Source of the DNA: an uncultured Gammaproteobacteria bacterium
GTDB taxonomy: Bacteria > Patescibacteriota > Patescibacteriia > VMEV01 > CAYQCH01
Direction of reading: 5' to 3'
Assembly (NCBI GenBank): GCA_964503955.1
Contig: CAZDCG010000002.1
Span: 269,047-333,046 of the forward strand
DNA: 64,000 bases
Positions 48,501 through 59,100 of this stretch are shown one piece after another. Position numbers and translations under genes: made by a program. The notes under the pieces are model-generated. The model made no database searches, was not told where the DNA came from, and saw nothing but the letters and a program-made list of their open reading frames with translations. Position 1 is the first letter of the stretch. Every line of letters begins with the position of its first letter.

Positions 48501-51500
48501 GATCAGTCCGTCAATAGACGCCATTTTGGGGGCAAATTCATATACCGATCCGCCAATGTATGTTGAGTATTGAAGATCGGCAGCACCATTCCCAGCAGGA
48601 TCAAGCACGACGATAACCGAATCACGGATGCCTCCATTGTATGTTGTGTCATACGCGCCTGCCGTCACCGGGAAATTTGAGGTGTTCGCGTAGCCGCCCA
48701 GATACATCACTCCATCCACAACATCTTCAATATTGATCAAATCCGACGATGTGCTGCCAATGTAAGTGGAATATTCCAGCGTTGTTCCCACGCTGTCCAA
48801 ACGAAGCGCAAATCCGTCGTCAGCGCCGTTATGCGTCGTGTCATACGCCCCGAGTGTTGTCGGGAAATTAGTAGAGTTCCCCCATCCAGCAATGTAGATA
48901 TCTGTGCCGTCATGGATGATCGACCAGCTCTGCTCATTGCCTGTGCCGCCGATGTATGTCAGAAAAACCATGTCATCTGCTCCAGCGCCGTTGAACTGGA
49001 TCCCCCCAACAAGGACATCCGTGTTCGTATTATAAGTCGTATCATAACTGCCCACGGTTACAGGAATATCAGTTGAATTTGTCTTCCCCGTGAAATACAT
49101 CGTATCACCTTCAAAATCCACATCGTAAATAAAATCCTGGCCAGTTCCTCCGAGATAGCTGATGTAGTTTGGATACGGAGCCGTATGATCTTTGACGAAA
49201 GAACCCATTGCGGTCCAAGCAGACTGTTGCGTGCCATCATTGTTACGAGCGCACCAGTAGTATGTTGCATCAGGCAGGTTGCCTGTTTGATACATGGTCG
49301 GCTGCAAGATTCCTGTTGTGGTTGCGCTGGAACCAGAATCGACCACGTTAACATTGTTAACACAATCCGTGGTGCTGGAAGTTGAAACCCGGTAATCCGT
49401 TGTACCTACTGAGACATCATGCTCATACCACACAGACAAAAACACTTTCCCCGCGCGGACAGCACCATCATCGGGGAACCGCAAGATCGGCGCCACTGGC
49501 GGATTCGGCACCCCGTCAGCAAAGGTGATGCGCGTAATAACAGCATCAGTACCGCCATTGTAGGAAAAGTCATACGGATCACCCCCAACAGCCATTACTG
49601 GATAACTGTGTGATGTCATCTCCCCTGTAAAAATCAAGGACTCCGTTGACGGATCAAAAACCATACCATCATTCGCAGGCTGGGCAAACGAGTTCGGGTC
49701 ATTAGATTCGATCAAGCTGGCATAAACCAAATCATTAATGCCGTCACCAGCCGGTTCAAGTTTCATAACACCAAATGCTGATTGGGTTGAGGTCAAAACA
49801 GCATCAAAAGCGTTATCCGTGGTTGTCAGCCCGCTTCCGACTCGGCCGAATAGATAAATGAACCCTGCATTGTATTCCAGACCAAAGCCGAGCAATCCAT
49901 TGGTAAAGGTTCCATAAACAAGGTCAGATGCCCCTGTTCCGGCAGGGTTGAGGGCCAAAATGAAGCCGTCAGATGATCCTGGGTACGTGCTCACATATGA
50001 ACCGGCTGTAACTGGAAAATCAGAGGAATTTGTAAATCCAGTTGCGTACACGATGCCGCTGTTAACGGAGACACCACGGATCACTTCATTGGCCCCATTG
50101 CCGCCGACATAACTGCCGTATGTCAGATCTGAAGCGCCCGTTCCCGCAGGATTCAAACGGCCAATGTAACTGTCCCGGCCTGTATTATCTGTTGTATCGA
50201 GCGCTCCTGCTGTTGTAGGCATGTTCGTAGCAGACGTGTACATACCGAAATAGATGATGCCACTTGCGACATCCAGCGTTTCAATCGATTCGTCTGACGA
50301 ATTACCGCCGAAATATGTCGAGTACACCAAATCCGCAGATCCAGCGCCATCCGGACTCAAGCGGAACAGGAAGCCATCAGTTGAAGTATCAATAGCAGTA
50401 TCGAATGCCCCTGCCGTTGTTGGCAGCGAGCTTCCTGTGACATTTCCAGCAACATAGACATCTCCGCCGTCAATATCCATGTCGGTAGGCTGTATATTGT
50501 TCCCTGTTCCTACATAGGTACTGTACCCCAGCGTGTCTCCGGAAAGATTCAAGGTCGTCACTGTAGCGAGCAAATCTGATGCAGCATTCGTCGTATCATA
50601 AGCTCCACCCGTGGTTGGGTAATCCGTGGAATCGGATGATCCTGCGATATAAATAGTGGTCGCATCTACTTTGATGCTGCGGCCGTAATCATCAACGTCG
50701 CCTCCGATGAATGTTGAAAATACCAGGTCTGTCGCTCCCGTTGCCTGAGGATCGATTGCAACGACATACGCATCAACTTCGGCATTGAACGTCGTGTCGT
50801 AGCCCGCGCTTGTAGGAAAATCCGTCGATGAAGTGCCACCGGTCACATAGATAATCCCGTCGCTTCCTAAAGCAATCCCCATGGGAGATTCAGAACTTGA
50901 TCCGCCCAAATACATCGAATAATTAATGGCCGGCGTTGTGAGATCGACCGTAAACGATCCCATTTCCGCCCAATTGCTTGTCCATGAATTCACATCTTCA
51001 TTCTGCGCGCACCAGTAGTAGGTGTTGCCGTCAGCGATGGAGGATTCAACAACAATGCCCGTTGCTTCGTTTAAGCGGGTTGTCTCGTTGCTGCTAGCTG
51101 TATAAACGATGTTCGTGTCATTGACGCAATCCGCAAGGGAGCTGCTGCTTACGCGATAATTGGTTACGCCAAGATCGAGGTCGGCTACATACTGCGCGGA
51201 CAAGTATGGTTTGAGAGGAACCGTCGCGTTGTCAGCAGGCAGGACCTGAACAGGATCAGCGACAGGGATACAGTCTCCGCCAGGTCCAGAGGGATAAGTG
51301 TTGCCGTCGAAGTTCGCACTGAACACCGGCTGTCCGATTCCGTCATTGTAGGAATAAAAGACATCAACACCAGAACCGCTGTCATGCTGCGCGCCGGCAC
51401 CAGAAAAACGAGATCCAAAGGAGACATTGAAGTTTGAACCACCGTTGGAGTCCGCATCGTCAATCAACACCCCTCCAATTTCCCAAATACTGTCACCGGT

Positions 51501-53048
51501 AAACGCGTCGAAATTCTGCGCGTACAGCCCTGTGTCCGCGCCAGATTCATCGGTCCACAATAAGTATGGGCCGTAATAATCGTCAGCAATGATCTGAAAA
51601 TCACCAATGCTTGTTCCCGTGATCGTCTGGTTACAGGACCAGTTGCGGCTTTCACCGTCCGTATCGAAATCAAATACTTCAATGGTATTCCCCAAGCTGT
51701 AAGCTGCGTAGGCTTCATCGAAATAATCTGCGGAAATTCCGGTAACAGATTCGCTTGTGACAACCAGACGATCCCCGCGCGTATCCCAATCGAATGAAAT
51801 ATTCCCGTCTGAATCAATGCGCTGCCCGTAAATCCCCTCTTCTCCAGACTCGTCGTCTGCCCAAATGATAATAATGCCATCATTTCCGTCTCCGATCGCA
51901 ACGCCGGAGTACTTTAACGATGTGGTGTTTGTTGATACGACTTGTTCCCCCGCGCCGCTGTTCCATGTCGCGTCCAGACCAGCTGATGTGTAGCGCTCAA
52001 CAACGCCGTGTCCGTAATCAAACGTGTCGAGATTTTCCCCCAAGTCGCTCAACACGAGGACCCCATTGCCCGATGTGGCCACCATGTCGGCCGTGTTTGG
52101 GGTAAGTGTGATCGGATAGCCTACACTGACAGCTCCGGCGAATGTTACATGGTAAAGTGTTGGCGTCGTAAATGAAAACGTATCGCCAATCGTCAGCAAG
52201 ACAAAGGCCCCGCCCGCCTCATCCGGAACGACATCAAGGAATCCATTGACTGAATGAAAATTGGCGAAGCTGCCCAGTCCTGATAGCAGCGTATCCCAGA
52301 CGATGGCACCGTTGCTGCTCAGCTTCGCAAGATAAATGTCATAGCTCGACGAACCACTGTCATCTTCGCCATAAACAACAAACATGTTGCTGGAACTGTC
52401 GGACGCGATTCCCATAGCCAAATCGCCCACGCCAGCGCTGCTCAACAAGGTGTTACTATCTGTGTTTGTATTCCGCACGATGGCAAACTGTTCATCTGTG
52501 TCAGGGTTGTACAGAGTCGCCGCAACGAAATTCAGCGATGTATCCGACACCTTTTTGATTCCCGTAATTTCGCTTGTTCCTGTTGCTGGGCCACACTGCA
52601 CGTACATTTCACGATAGAGACCACCAATAGGATCGCTGCAAGAGACACTGTTCGTACACGTCGGACATTCAAGACAAGTGTTCGTCAGACCCGCACAAAT
52701 ACCCGCCTGCGGCGCGCCATCACAATAAACAGCAGTGCGGTCACCACTGGTATCAGTTACCTGGCTTGCGCCTGGATGCGCAAGCATACAGACCGTATCA
52801 TCGATCTGTGTGTAACCTAAACATTCTAATCCCAGCGATGCACAAACCTCATCCCCCGTGTCCTCTCCAGCTAACGTTGAAGTGACGACGTAATAATCTG
52901 CACCATTCGTTCCGGTAAACGGTCCGGTGACAGCCGCGATCACCTGCGCCCAGCTATTGAAAGCCTGTTGCGGAAAGAAGCGTACCCAAGCCATGGCCAG
53001 AATCACTATAGAAAAAAATGCAACAAGAACGATTCTGTTTCGCGACAT
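45540..53048 (-). CDS. Giant surface protein C (2502 aa): Cys-rich head, beta-propeller, 2 SBBP propellers, Cys-pair spacers, conserved C-terminal membrane module
   Basis: N-terminal hydrophobic helix, 10-Cys domain, IIIIWADD...IYGQRIDSDG-type blades, SBBP repeats, C-terminus shared with A, B, D and E. Confidence 0.9.
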   Translation of the reverse strand: MSRNRIVLVAFFSIVILAMAWVRFFPQQAFNSWAQVIAAVTGPFTGTNGADYYVVTSTLAGEDTGDEVCASLGLECLGYTQIDDTVCMLAHPGASQVTDTSGDRTAVYCDGAPQAGICAGLTNTCLECPTCTNSVSCSDPIGGLYREMYVQCGPATGTSEITGIKKVSDTSLNFVAATLYNPDTDEQFAIVRNTNTDSNTLLSSAGVGDLAMGIASDSSSNMFVVYGEDDSGSSSYDIYLAKLSSNGAIVWDTLLSGLGSFANFHSVNGFLDVVPDEAGGAFVLLTIGDTFSFTTPTLYHVTFAGAVSVGYPITLTPNTADMVATSGNGVLVLSDLGENLDTFDYGHGVVERYTSAGLDATWNSGAGEQVVSTNTTSLKYSGVAIGDGNDGIIIIWADDESGEEGIYGQRIDSDGNISFDWDTRGDRLVVTSESVTGISADYFDEAYAAYSLGNTIEVFDFDTDGESRNWSCNQTITGTSIGDFQIIADDYYGPYLLWTDESGADTGLYAQNFDAFTGDSIWEIGGVLIDDADSNGGSNFNVSFGSRFSGAGAQHDSGSGVDVFYSYNDGIGQPVFSANFDGNTYPSGPGGDCIPVADPVQVLPADNATVPLKPYLSAQYVADLDLGVTNYRVSSSSLADCVNDTNIVYTASSNETTRLNEATGIVVESSIADGNTYYWCAQNEDVNSWTSNWAEMGSFTVDLTTPAINYSMYLGGSSSESPMGIALGSDGIIYVTGGTSSTDFPTSAGYDTTFNAEVDAYVVAIDPQATGATDLVFSTFIGGDVDDYGRSIKVDATTIYIAGSSDSTDYPTTGGAYDTTNAASDLLATVTTLNLSGDTLGYSTYVGTGNNIQPTDMDIDGGDVYVAGNVTGSSLPTTAGAFDTAIDTSTDGFLFRLSPDGAGSADLVYSTYFGGNSSDESIETLDVASGIIYFGMYTSATNMPTTAGALDTTDNTGRDSYIGRLNPAGTGASDLTYGSYVGGNGANEVIRGVSVNSGIVYATGFTNSSDFPVTAGSYVSTYPGSSDGFILALNPAGTGASDLVYGTFTNGLLGFGLEYNAGFIYLFGRVGSGLTTTDNAFDAVLTSTQSAFGVMKLEPAGDGINDLVYASLIESNDPNSFAQPANDGMVFDPSTESLIFTGEMTSHSYPVMAVGGDPYDFSYNGGTDAVITRITFADGVPNPPVAPILRFPDDGAVRAGKVFLSVWYEHDVSVGTTDYRVSTSSTTDCVNNVNVVDSGSSATTTGILQPTMYQTGNLPDATYYWCARNNDGTQQSAWTAMGSFVKDHTAPYPNYISYLGGTGQDFIYDVDFEGDTMYFTGKTNSTDIPVTVGSYDTTYNTNTDVLVGGIQFNGAGADDMVFLTYIGGTGNEQSWSIIHDGTDIYIAGWGNSTNFPTTLGAYDTTHNGADDGFALRLDSVGTTLEYSTYIGSTSSDLINIEDVVDGVMYLGGYANTSNFPVTAGAYDTTYNGGIRDSVIVVLDPAGNGAADLQYSTYIGGSVYEFAPKMASIDGLIYFTLDAFSSNFPSLPGGYDSTHNGSLDTVFGRLDPAGGGSTDMQYLSFLGTTSSESVTGAAFDRTTGEIYVVGNTGGSGFPTTVGAYDTSFTGFSEGYLIKFDTAVAGTGALEYSTFISQSFNNIAFDGTDVYLVGSTSDNNPLVTPATTYGNEVFFSQDAYLLRLNPGGNGVNDLIYASIFGVDGTDEHFRGVDVQGDIVYLGGYMQAYSLEAFSATGTPFQTTVDGSFDKGLIMRIDFAGAGATNSAPTAPTNLFANNTNAQAGLSNPIDLTAGTPVFSAICNDPDIGDVMNAYRVQVDDTDSTFASILWDSGKQSMADCVDGNRSQNINFGGAALAQDGSTYYVRIKFWDDNDTEGEYSTSADSFTMGSPAPAPSQSDGISQQQRQQIQQQNEQNQQSPADESNDEEPAEEEPIDEPVEEPVDEPIEEETMEEPEDVEALPVLDEEISEPAKEKPVEQESVPAPTQEEVGQVGQVVDRLIEDEIGISVDDLEEPAAPEPQTITTVSSDGESFTLEVVREQGEEEQEALLVTGIARVGNGQIEFSGTTSQPNSTVTLIFNGNITVIVVSDDEGFWQTYVSAEQLGLLPGERVNVSVQVIASKGNLLSDRVSVGGFTVERGANEQIVEADFETIAAPNELSAFINAVTNKVEEIIQDREEEIQQTLTVAAPVVVISSAPLWGYLPYLPTLLYHAITYLVGLVGRRKKGQQRFFGVAYDAITKDPLALAIVRLYKKENASERLVSTFVTDKQGKYDFLLEPGSYRIDVKKPQYSFPSSIVSETSEDGAYDHVYQGGIEITDQTTELVVPDLPLDPVNAELKWETANIFKKLWLSLQKAGNFLALPLLFAGSLVSVVVVAAVPENPINWILSVAYVLMFLLQLKLRQKPQKAWGIVYDIATNAPLPLVNLQLIDPAFGKVVASRLSDYQGRFRFTPEPGKYVVRAEKDGYAQAEVVEGAKNHRMISGELVIEKENQTISGDIPMRLF
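46326..47666. repeat. ~1.35 kb near-identical direct repeat, copy 2 (within gene C)
   Basis: Matches 38558-39916. The offset changes from 7768 to 7750 across the 18-bp indel. Confidence 0.95.
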
Positions 53049-53082
53049 AAGTTCGTGAGTGTAAAGTCAATTCTATACACAG

Positions 53083-53091
53083 ATTATAGCA
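53083..53091 (-). promoter_or_regulatory. Extended -10 promoter of giant gene C
   Basis: Minus-strand TGCTATAAT, identical to the element upstream of gene A and at nearly the same distance from the ATG. Confidence 0.6.
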
Positions 53092-53133
53092 TGGATGAGA
53101 AATACTCTCCGCTGACTTATCCCCTGAATATGC

Positions 53134-53164
53134 AAAAAAAGAGCAGCGATTTCGCTGCTCTTTT
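53134..53164 (-). terminator. Rho-independent terminator after giant gene D
   Basis: Perfect inverted repeat AAAAGAGCAGCGA/TCGCTGCTCTTTT with a 7-U tail on the minus strand, directly after the stop codon. Confidence 0.88.
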
Positions 53165-53167
53165 CTC

Positions 53168-56100
53168 TTAGCCTCGTGATGTCATCGGTACATCGCCCGT
53201 AATACGCTCATTTGTCTTTTGGACCTCGATTTCAGGGGGGATCGGGTGATGTTGATCATCTGGTGCTTCAACAACTTCCCGGACCTGCTCATAGCCTGGC
53301 TTGTTTGCCTTGATGACATACTTGCCTGGTTCCGGCATGAAGCTGTACCGGCCCTGGTAGTCAGTCAGCCGGCTGGTAACGACCTTTCCATACTGCGGAT
53401 CAATGAGCTGGACAGTTGCCAATGGCAGCACGGCGTTCGTAGCTAGATCGTACACGACACCCCATGCTTTTTGGGCATGCACACGAAGTTCAAGCTGAGC
53501 AGACAACATGCCTACATACACAATCGCAAGCAGCCAGTTGATCCAGTTATCTGGAACCGTAATGACAACCAGAATACTTGCGAGCGAGCCGATGAAGAGA
53601 ACAGGAACAGCGAGGTAGTTGCCCACTTTTTGCAGCAGCATCCAGAGTTTTTTGAGGCCGCTGCTGAGCTGCCACTGGCGCTGCGCATTGACCGGATCAA
53701 GAGGAACGTCAGGAATAACCAAGTCTTGTTCCTGCACAATTATTCCCTGTTCATTGCTGTACGCATGATAATTGCCGCCAATTTCAGAGGTCACGATTTG
53801 GCTTGGGAACGTGTATGTCGGTTTGGTCACTTCAAGTCGGTAGTTGGCAGGTTCGAGAAGCGCTTCATACCTGCCCTGCTTGTCGGAAACCTGCGTAGAA
53901 ACGAGCTTGTTGGTTTCCTTGTTGTAGATACGGATGATAGCAAGTGCTAATGGCTGCTTGGTAATGCTGTCGTAGACAGTGCCGTAAAAACGGCGGTCTT
54001 GTTTCTTCTTGCGGCCGAGAAGGCCGATCAAATACGTGAAGAAGTGATACAACAGCGTCGGCACATATGGCAGGTATCCCCACAAAGGCGCGCTGGCGAC
54101 GAGCACTACCGGAGCCGTGACAGAAAGACTTGTCTGGATTGTCTGCTGTTGTTCCTCAATAACCTGCTGAACCTGTTGTACAGCACCGATAAAGCCGGTT
54201 GTTTTCACGTCGACATCAGTGAAATCGGTCGTGATCACGTCCTCGGTCAAGCGCGTTACGTTGACCAGACCGACAACAACTTGTTCGCTGCGAAGTTCAC
54301 CTTTGGCAGCGATTGCTTCAACACGGATCTGACGTGACTGGCCTGGAAGCAAGCCGATATCATCAGCACTAACAAATGTACGCCATTGCCCGGATGCATC
54401 ACTTGTGACGATCATCGTGACAGTGTCATTGATGATGATTGTTACTGTTGTAAATGGCTCAGTAGTCGTACCACTGAATTCAACCCCATCACCATTTGTC
54501 ACCGCGTTTCCGCTCACTCCCAGAAAAGCCGTGCCTCCCTGCGTTTCCAACTCAAACGTTCCCGGGCCGGTGGTCACGTCCGTGTTACCAACCTGCGGTG
54601 ATGGTTGCGTTGGCTGGCTCGGCTTGTCCGGCTGTAGAATATCCTCGATAACGACCACTTCTTCTTTTGTTGGTGGCGCAACCGGCTCTTCCACCACATC
54701 CTCTGTTGTAACAAAGGAGTTCAACTCTGGTTCCGCAACAACAATGTTGCTGTAGGTCGGCTCGGTCGTGGAATCTTCACTTGCAATTGCCTGCAACTGC
54801 AGCTGAGGGCCGGCAGCAGCCAGAGCTTCGCGAATTTCACTCGTGTCACCTGATTCCACGCTGATGTTTTGCAGCAGCTGGAATAGATCTTCTCTGGTAA
54901 CGACAGGGGCGCGTAAGGGCTCCTTAGGCAGTCGATTTTCGTCAATCTGTGAGTCATCATCGAGAAAATCGCGAAGCATGGACTGCGTGTCAAAGGCCAG
55001 GATGAAAGAAAGCGTGTGACCAAAACCGAAGTCCAGTGTCGGCCAAATGCCAGCAACTGTTTCCTGTGTAAACTGCCCGGCATCCCCATCTGGAATTTCG
55101 CTGTTGCGTACGCCGTTTACTCGCAAAGAACCTGGAATGTAGCTCAAATACGGAGGCAATGGAACAGTTAATAACACATTGCGAGCCTGCAACGCGCCAT
55201 TATTAAGAATGTGTGCCTTCACATACAAAAGCTCATTTGGATTCACCGGACCGCTTATGCTACGGCCGTCAGCTGTTGTTACTTGGAGGTCTACAAGCAA
55301 TTCTATCGGCGCCTGAAACTCCTGCGCGCTGATCATGACATTATTGCTCCAGTCAGTTTCTACTCCGTCGTAGTTGCGCGCTCTCACGCGAGCATAATAA
55401 GCCTGGTCACGATCGGTGTTTTCAAAGACATAGGTACTGGCCTGGATCCAGTCACTTGCAATGATTGCGGAACCTGATACAGAATCCGCCGGCATGAGTT
55501 CGAACTGAACCGCGCTTTGACCTGAGGTCAAGTGATTGAGTTCTTCCGTAACCCCGACACGAATACGATCATCTACGCGTGAAATCTGAGTCAGTGTGAC
55601 GGAAGTCATATGCGTGTAGACCGATGGGAAAGTCTGACTGGAGGTCCCGCGCGTTGATCCGACAAAAGCGGCAACGCGACGTCCTTCAATCAAGGTGTTA
55701 TGAGGCAAACCACTTTCAACGACAGTGCGAACCTGTGCTTCATTAACGATCTCAAGAATGGTTTGTTGCTGATCAAGCAGGTAAAAGCCGCTGTGACCCG
55801 TTGTTGAGTAGCCCCATTCATACTGCACGCGGTCATGACCGGTCGTGCGCACGCTAACGATGGTTGGCGTGGAAAGCGACTGTGTCTGGATGCGCTGGAT
55901 GGAAGACCCGCCTCCTCCACCGCCTCCTCCGCCACAGCCGGCGCCAGCACTAGAAGGGATTTCCGTAGAAAAACCGAAGCCGTCATTGCCCCCAAAAGCA
56001 ACGGAGCTAAAATACCCACCAGAAACCGGCATATCTGACGACGTTGTCTCACCCGCTACGTACAGTACATTGGTGTCTGCAACATATGTCGCGCCTTGGT

Positions 56101-59100
56101 CATATTCCTCTCCGGATCCGCCAAAGTAGGACGCATAAACCAAATCACAAGCTCCATTTCCCTCAGGCGCAAACCGGCCAGCGACATAATCGAAACTCCC
56201 GGCGTTTATGTCTTGGTATGCATTGTCAGTCACAGGAAATCCTGATTCATAACTACCGGAGAATACCAGCGTATCCCCATCCAACGTCATTTCCGTGCAC
56301 CAGCCGTCGCCGGCTCCGCCGAGGAAAGATCCATACACTAGATCATCAGCGCCGTTTCCCCCAAGCGTAAGCTGATAGATAAACATGTCTCCAGAGCCAT
56401 TATGCGTTTCATCAAACGATCCTGCGGTGGTGACAAATGCAGGGTCATAGGTCATGCCACATACGAAGAGATCGCCAGACGGGCTTTCTGCAACCACATC
56501 GTAGGCACCATCATAATCATTATCGCTGCCGACGATCGTTCCATACACAAGAGATGTAACATCGGTTCCGGTTGGATCGATTTTCAGGACGAACCCATCG
56601 GCATTCACGGTATCGACAGTCGTGTCGAAGGCTCCTGCCGTCAAAGCCGGAAAATCAGCGGAAGCGGTTTCCCCCGCGATATAGATATTTCCGTTGTCGT
56701 CAAAATTGATGCCGCTGATCAGATCGTTCCCACTGCCTCCCACATACGTGCTGTAAAGCAGAGATGCCATGCCAGTTTCATTCGTATCGATCTTCATGAT
56801 GAAACCGTCGTTATTGGCAAGATCTCCCGTGGAATCAAAAGCATTTCCTGTCAGAGGTAGATCTGCGGATGTTGTTCTCCCGGCCAGATACACAATGCCG
56901 TTGTCGTCGACACGCATGCTTTTCCAGCCCATTTCATCTTCCCCGCTTCCTCCGACATAGGTGCCGAAGAGGACTTCATCAAGATCCGCGTTGAGTTTGG
57001 CCAAATACACATCATCATTCCCTGAATACGTCATGTCAAAACCTGAAGTATTCGGGGTATGGGTTGCAAACACATCAGCGGAGCTTGTCGCGCCGGCGAT
57101 ATAGACGTTTCCTGATGCATCTACGCGTCCCGCACGGACTGGGTCATGATCTGAGCCCCCGAAATAGGTAGCGACTAAGACACTGCTTCCGTCTGCTGAC
57201 AATTTGGCCAGAATGCCATCTTGCATGCCAGATAAATCTTCTTGCAAACCGGCATCTGCAGGGAAATCCGCAGAAAAAGTCGTACCGATCATGATGATAT
57301 TGTCAGATGTATCAAGACCGATGCCTAACAGTTGGTCATTTGCGTTTCCGCCAAAATACGTGGCAAATCCATCATACCCATCTCCCATGGTGAACATAGC
57401 TTCTTCTGTTGAAAACGGACCTTCCGTGCCCTCGTCATCCCAGAACTTGATGCGCCAATAGTAGGTTGCCCCATCATCCGCAAGTGGTGTGCCTCCGTAG
57501 GTGATATCCGCGCTTCTCGCGCCGCTTGCGCAATCAGCCATTGCTGTTCCGGAAGCCCCTGAGTCCCAAAGCACCGAACTGAAATCGTTGTCGTTATCAA
57601 CTTGAATACGGTACTTATTGAGCGTATCTCCCACATTATCGTTACAAATCGCGCTGAAAGCGGGGGTGGGATGCAAAATCCCGGTTGGGTTTGCGGATCC
57701 TTGCTGAGCGTCGGTATCGTCTACGTATAAATCGGTCGGCTCTGAAGGAGACGTATTCGGCACCGCCATGGTAAATGCATTGGTAGATAACGGATCCTCG
57801 CTCCATACGCCGACCAACCCTTCATCATCCCAGAAACGAATACGCCAATAGTACGTGGTGCCGTCTAATAACAAAGGATCCCCGCCATAATGAATGTCCT
57901 GGCTGCGGCTTCCCGCAACGCAATCCGCCATAGCCGTACCAAGAGCGCCGCTGTCCCAGATGGTTGAACTAAAATCATTTTGATCATCCACCTGGATTTG
58001 GTAGAGGTTCATGATATCCCCAGGATTGCCGTCGCGGCAGATCGCGCTGAATGCCGGTGTCGTATCGGCAATTCCTGCGGGGTTTGAGGCGCCCGCCTGC
58101 GCTGAATCATTGTTGCTATAGAGATCGATAGGAGCTGACGGAGCAATATTCTCCGGAGCCAAAGCCAGCTTCACGAAATAGGCATCAGCCCCTCCTGACT
58201 TTGCAGACTGAAAGACACCGGCAGTTGATGGAAAATTCGGATCGTTGGTATTTCCTGTGATATAGAAATTTCCGGCATCGTCCAGAGCAACTCCCATGCC
58301 ATTATCTGTTCCAGTGCTACCAAAGTACGTTGAATAGATTAGATCATCAGCGCCTTGGCTGCCAGGATGAAGCTTAACAATGACAAGTGATAACGGATCA
58401 CTGGAAAAAGCGCCATCAGTGGTAGGGAATGCTAGGCTGTTTGATTTTCCTTGAAAATAGACAACACCGTCCGTATGCACACGAAGGTCAATACACCAGT
58501 CATTGTTGACATCTCCAATAAGTGTTCCATAGGAGAGATCAGCATTTCCGTTACCTGCGGTATTGAACTTCATCACGAAGGCATCCCCCGCTCCGCTCAA
58601 AGATGTAGCATAAGCACCTGCGGTCGTAGGAAAATCAGAAGAGTTTGTTTCTCCACAAGTGAATACATCTCCATCCGGCCCCATGGCAACCCCGTACGCA
58701 TAGTCCCATCCATTGCTTCCACCGATCATTGTGCTATAAGCCAGTGATGTGATGTTCGTCCCATTAGGATCGATCCGTATAAGAAATGCATCACAGTTTG
58801 AGTCGTCAACCGTTGTATCAAATGCCCCAGCGGTCGTTACGAAATCAGCTGAACAGGTATCTCCCGTTACGTAGACATGCCCGTTTTCATCAAAAACCGT
58901 GGTCCAGCTCTCATCAAAGCCTGATCCTCCAACGTAGGATGAATAGACCAAGGATGCCGCGCCAGACTGAGTCGTATCAATGATCGTGATAAATGCGTCC
59001 CCATTATATGATTCATCCGGCCCATCCCCTACGGTATCAAAAGCATTGGGTGTAAGCACAAAGTCTGATGAATATGTAATTCCTGTGATCGCCACGCGAC

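Noticed and set aside
51770-51785. RGD integrin-binding motif in protein C
   Set aside because: A single tripeptide in over 11,000 residues is expected by chance and is not shared by the paralogs.
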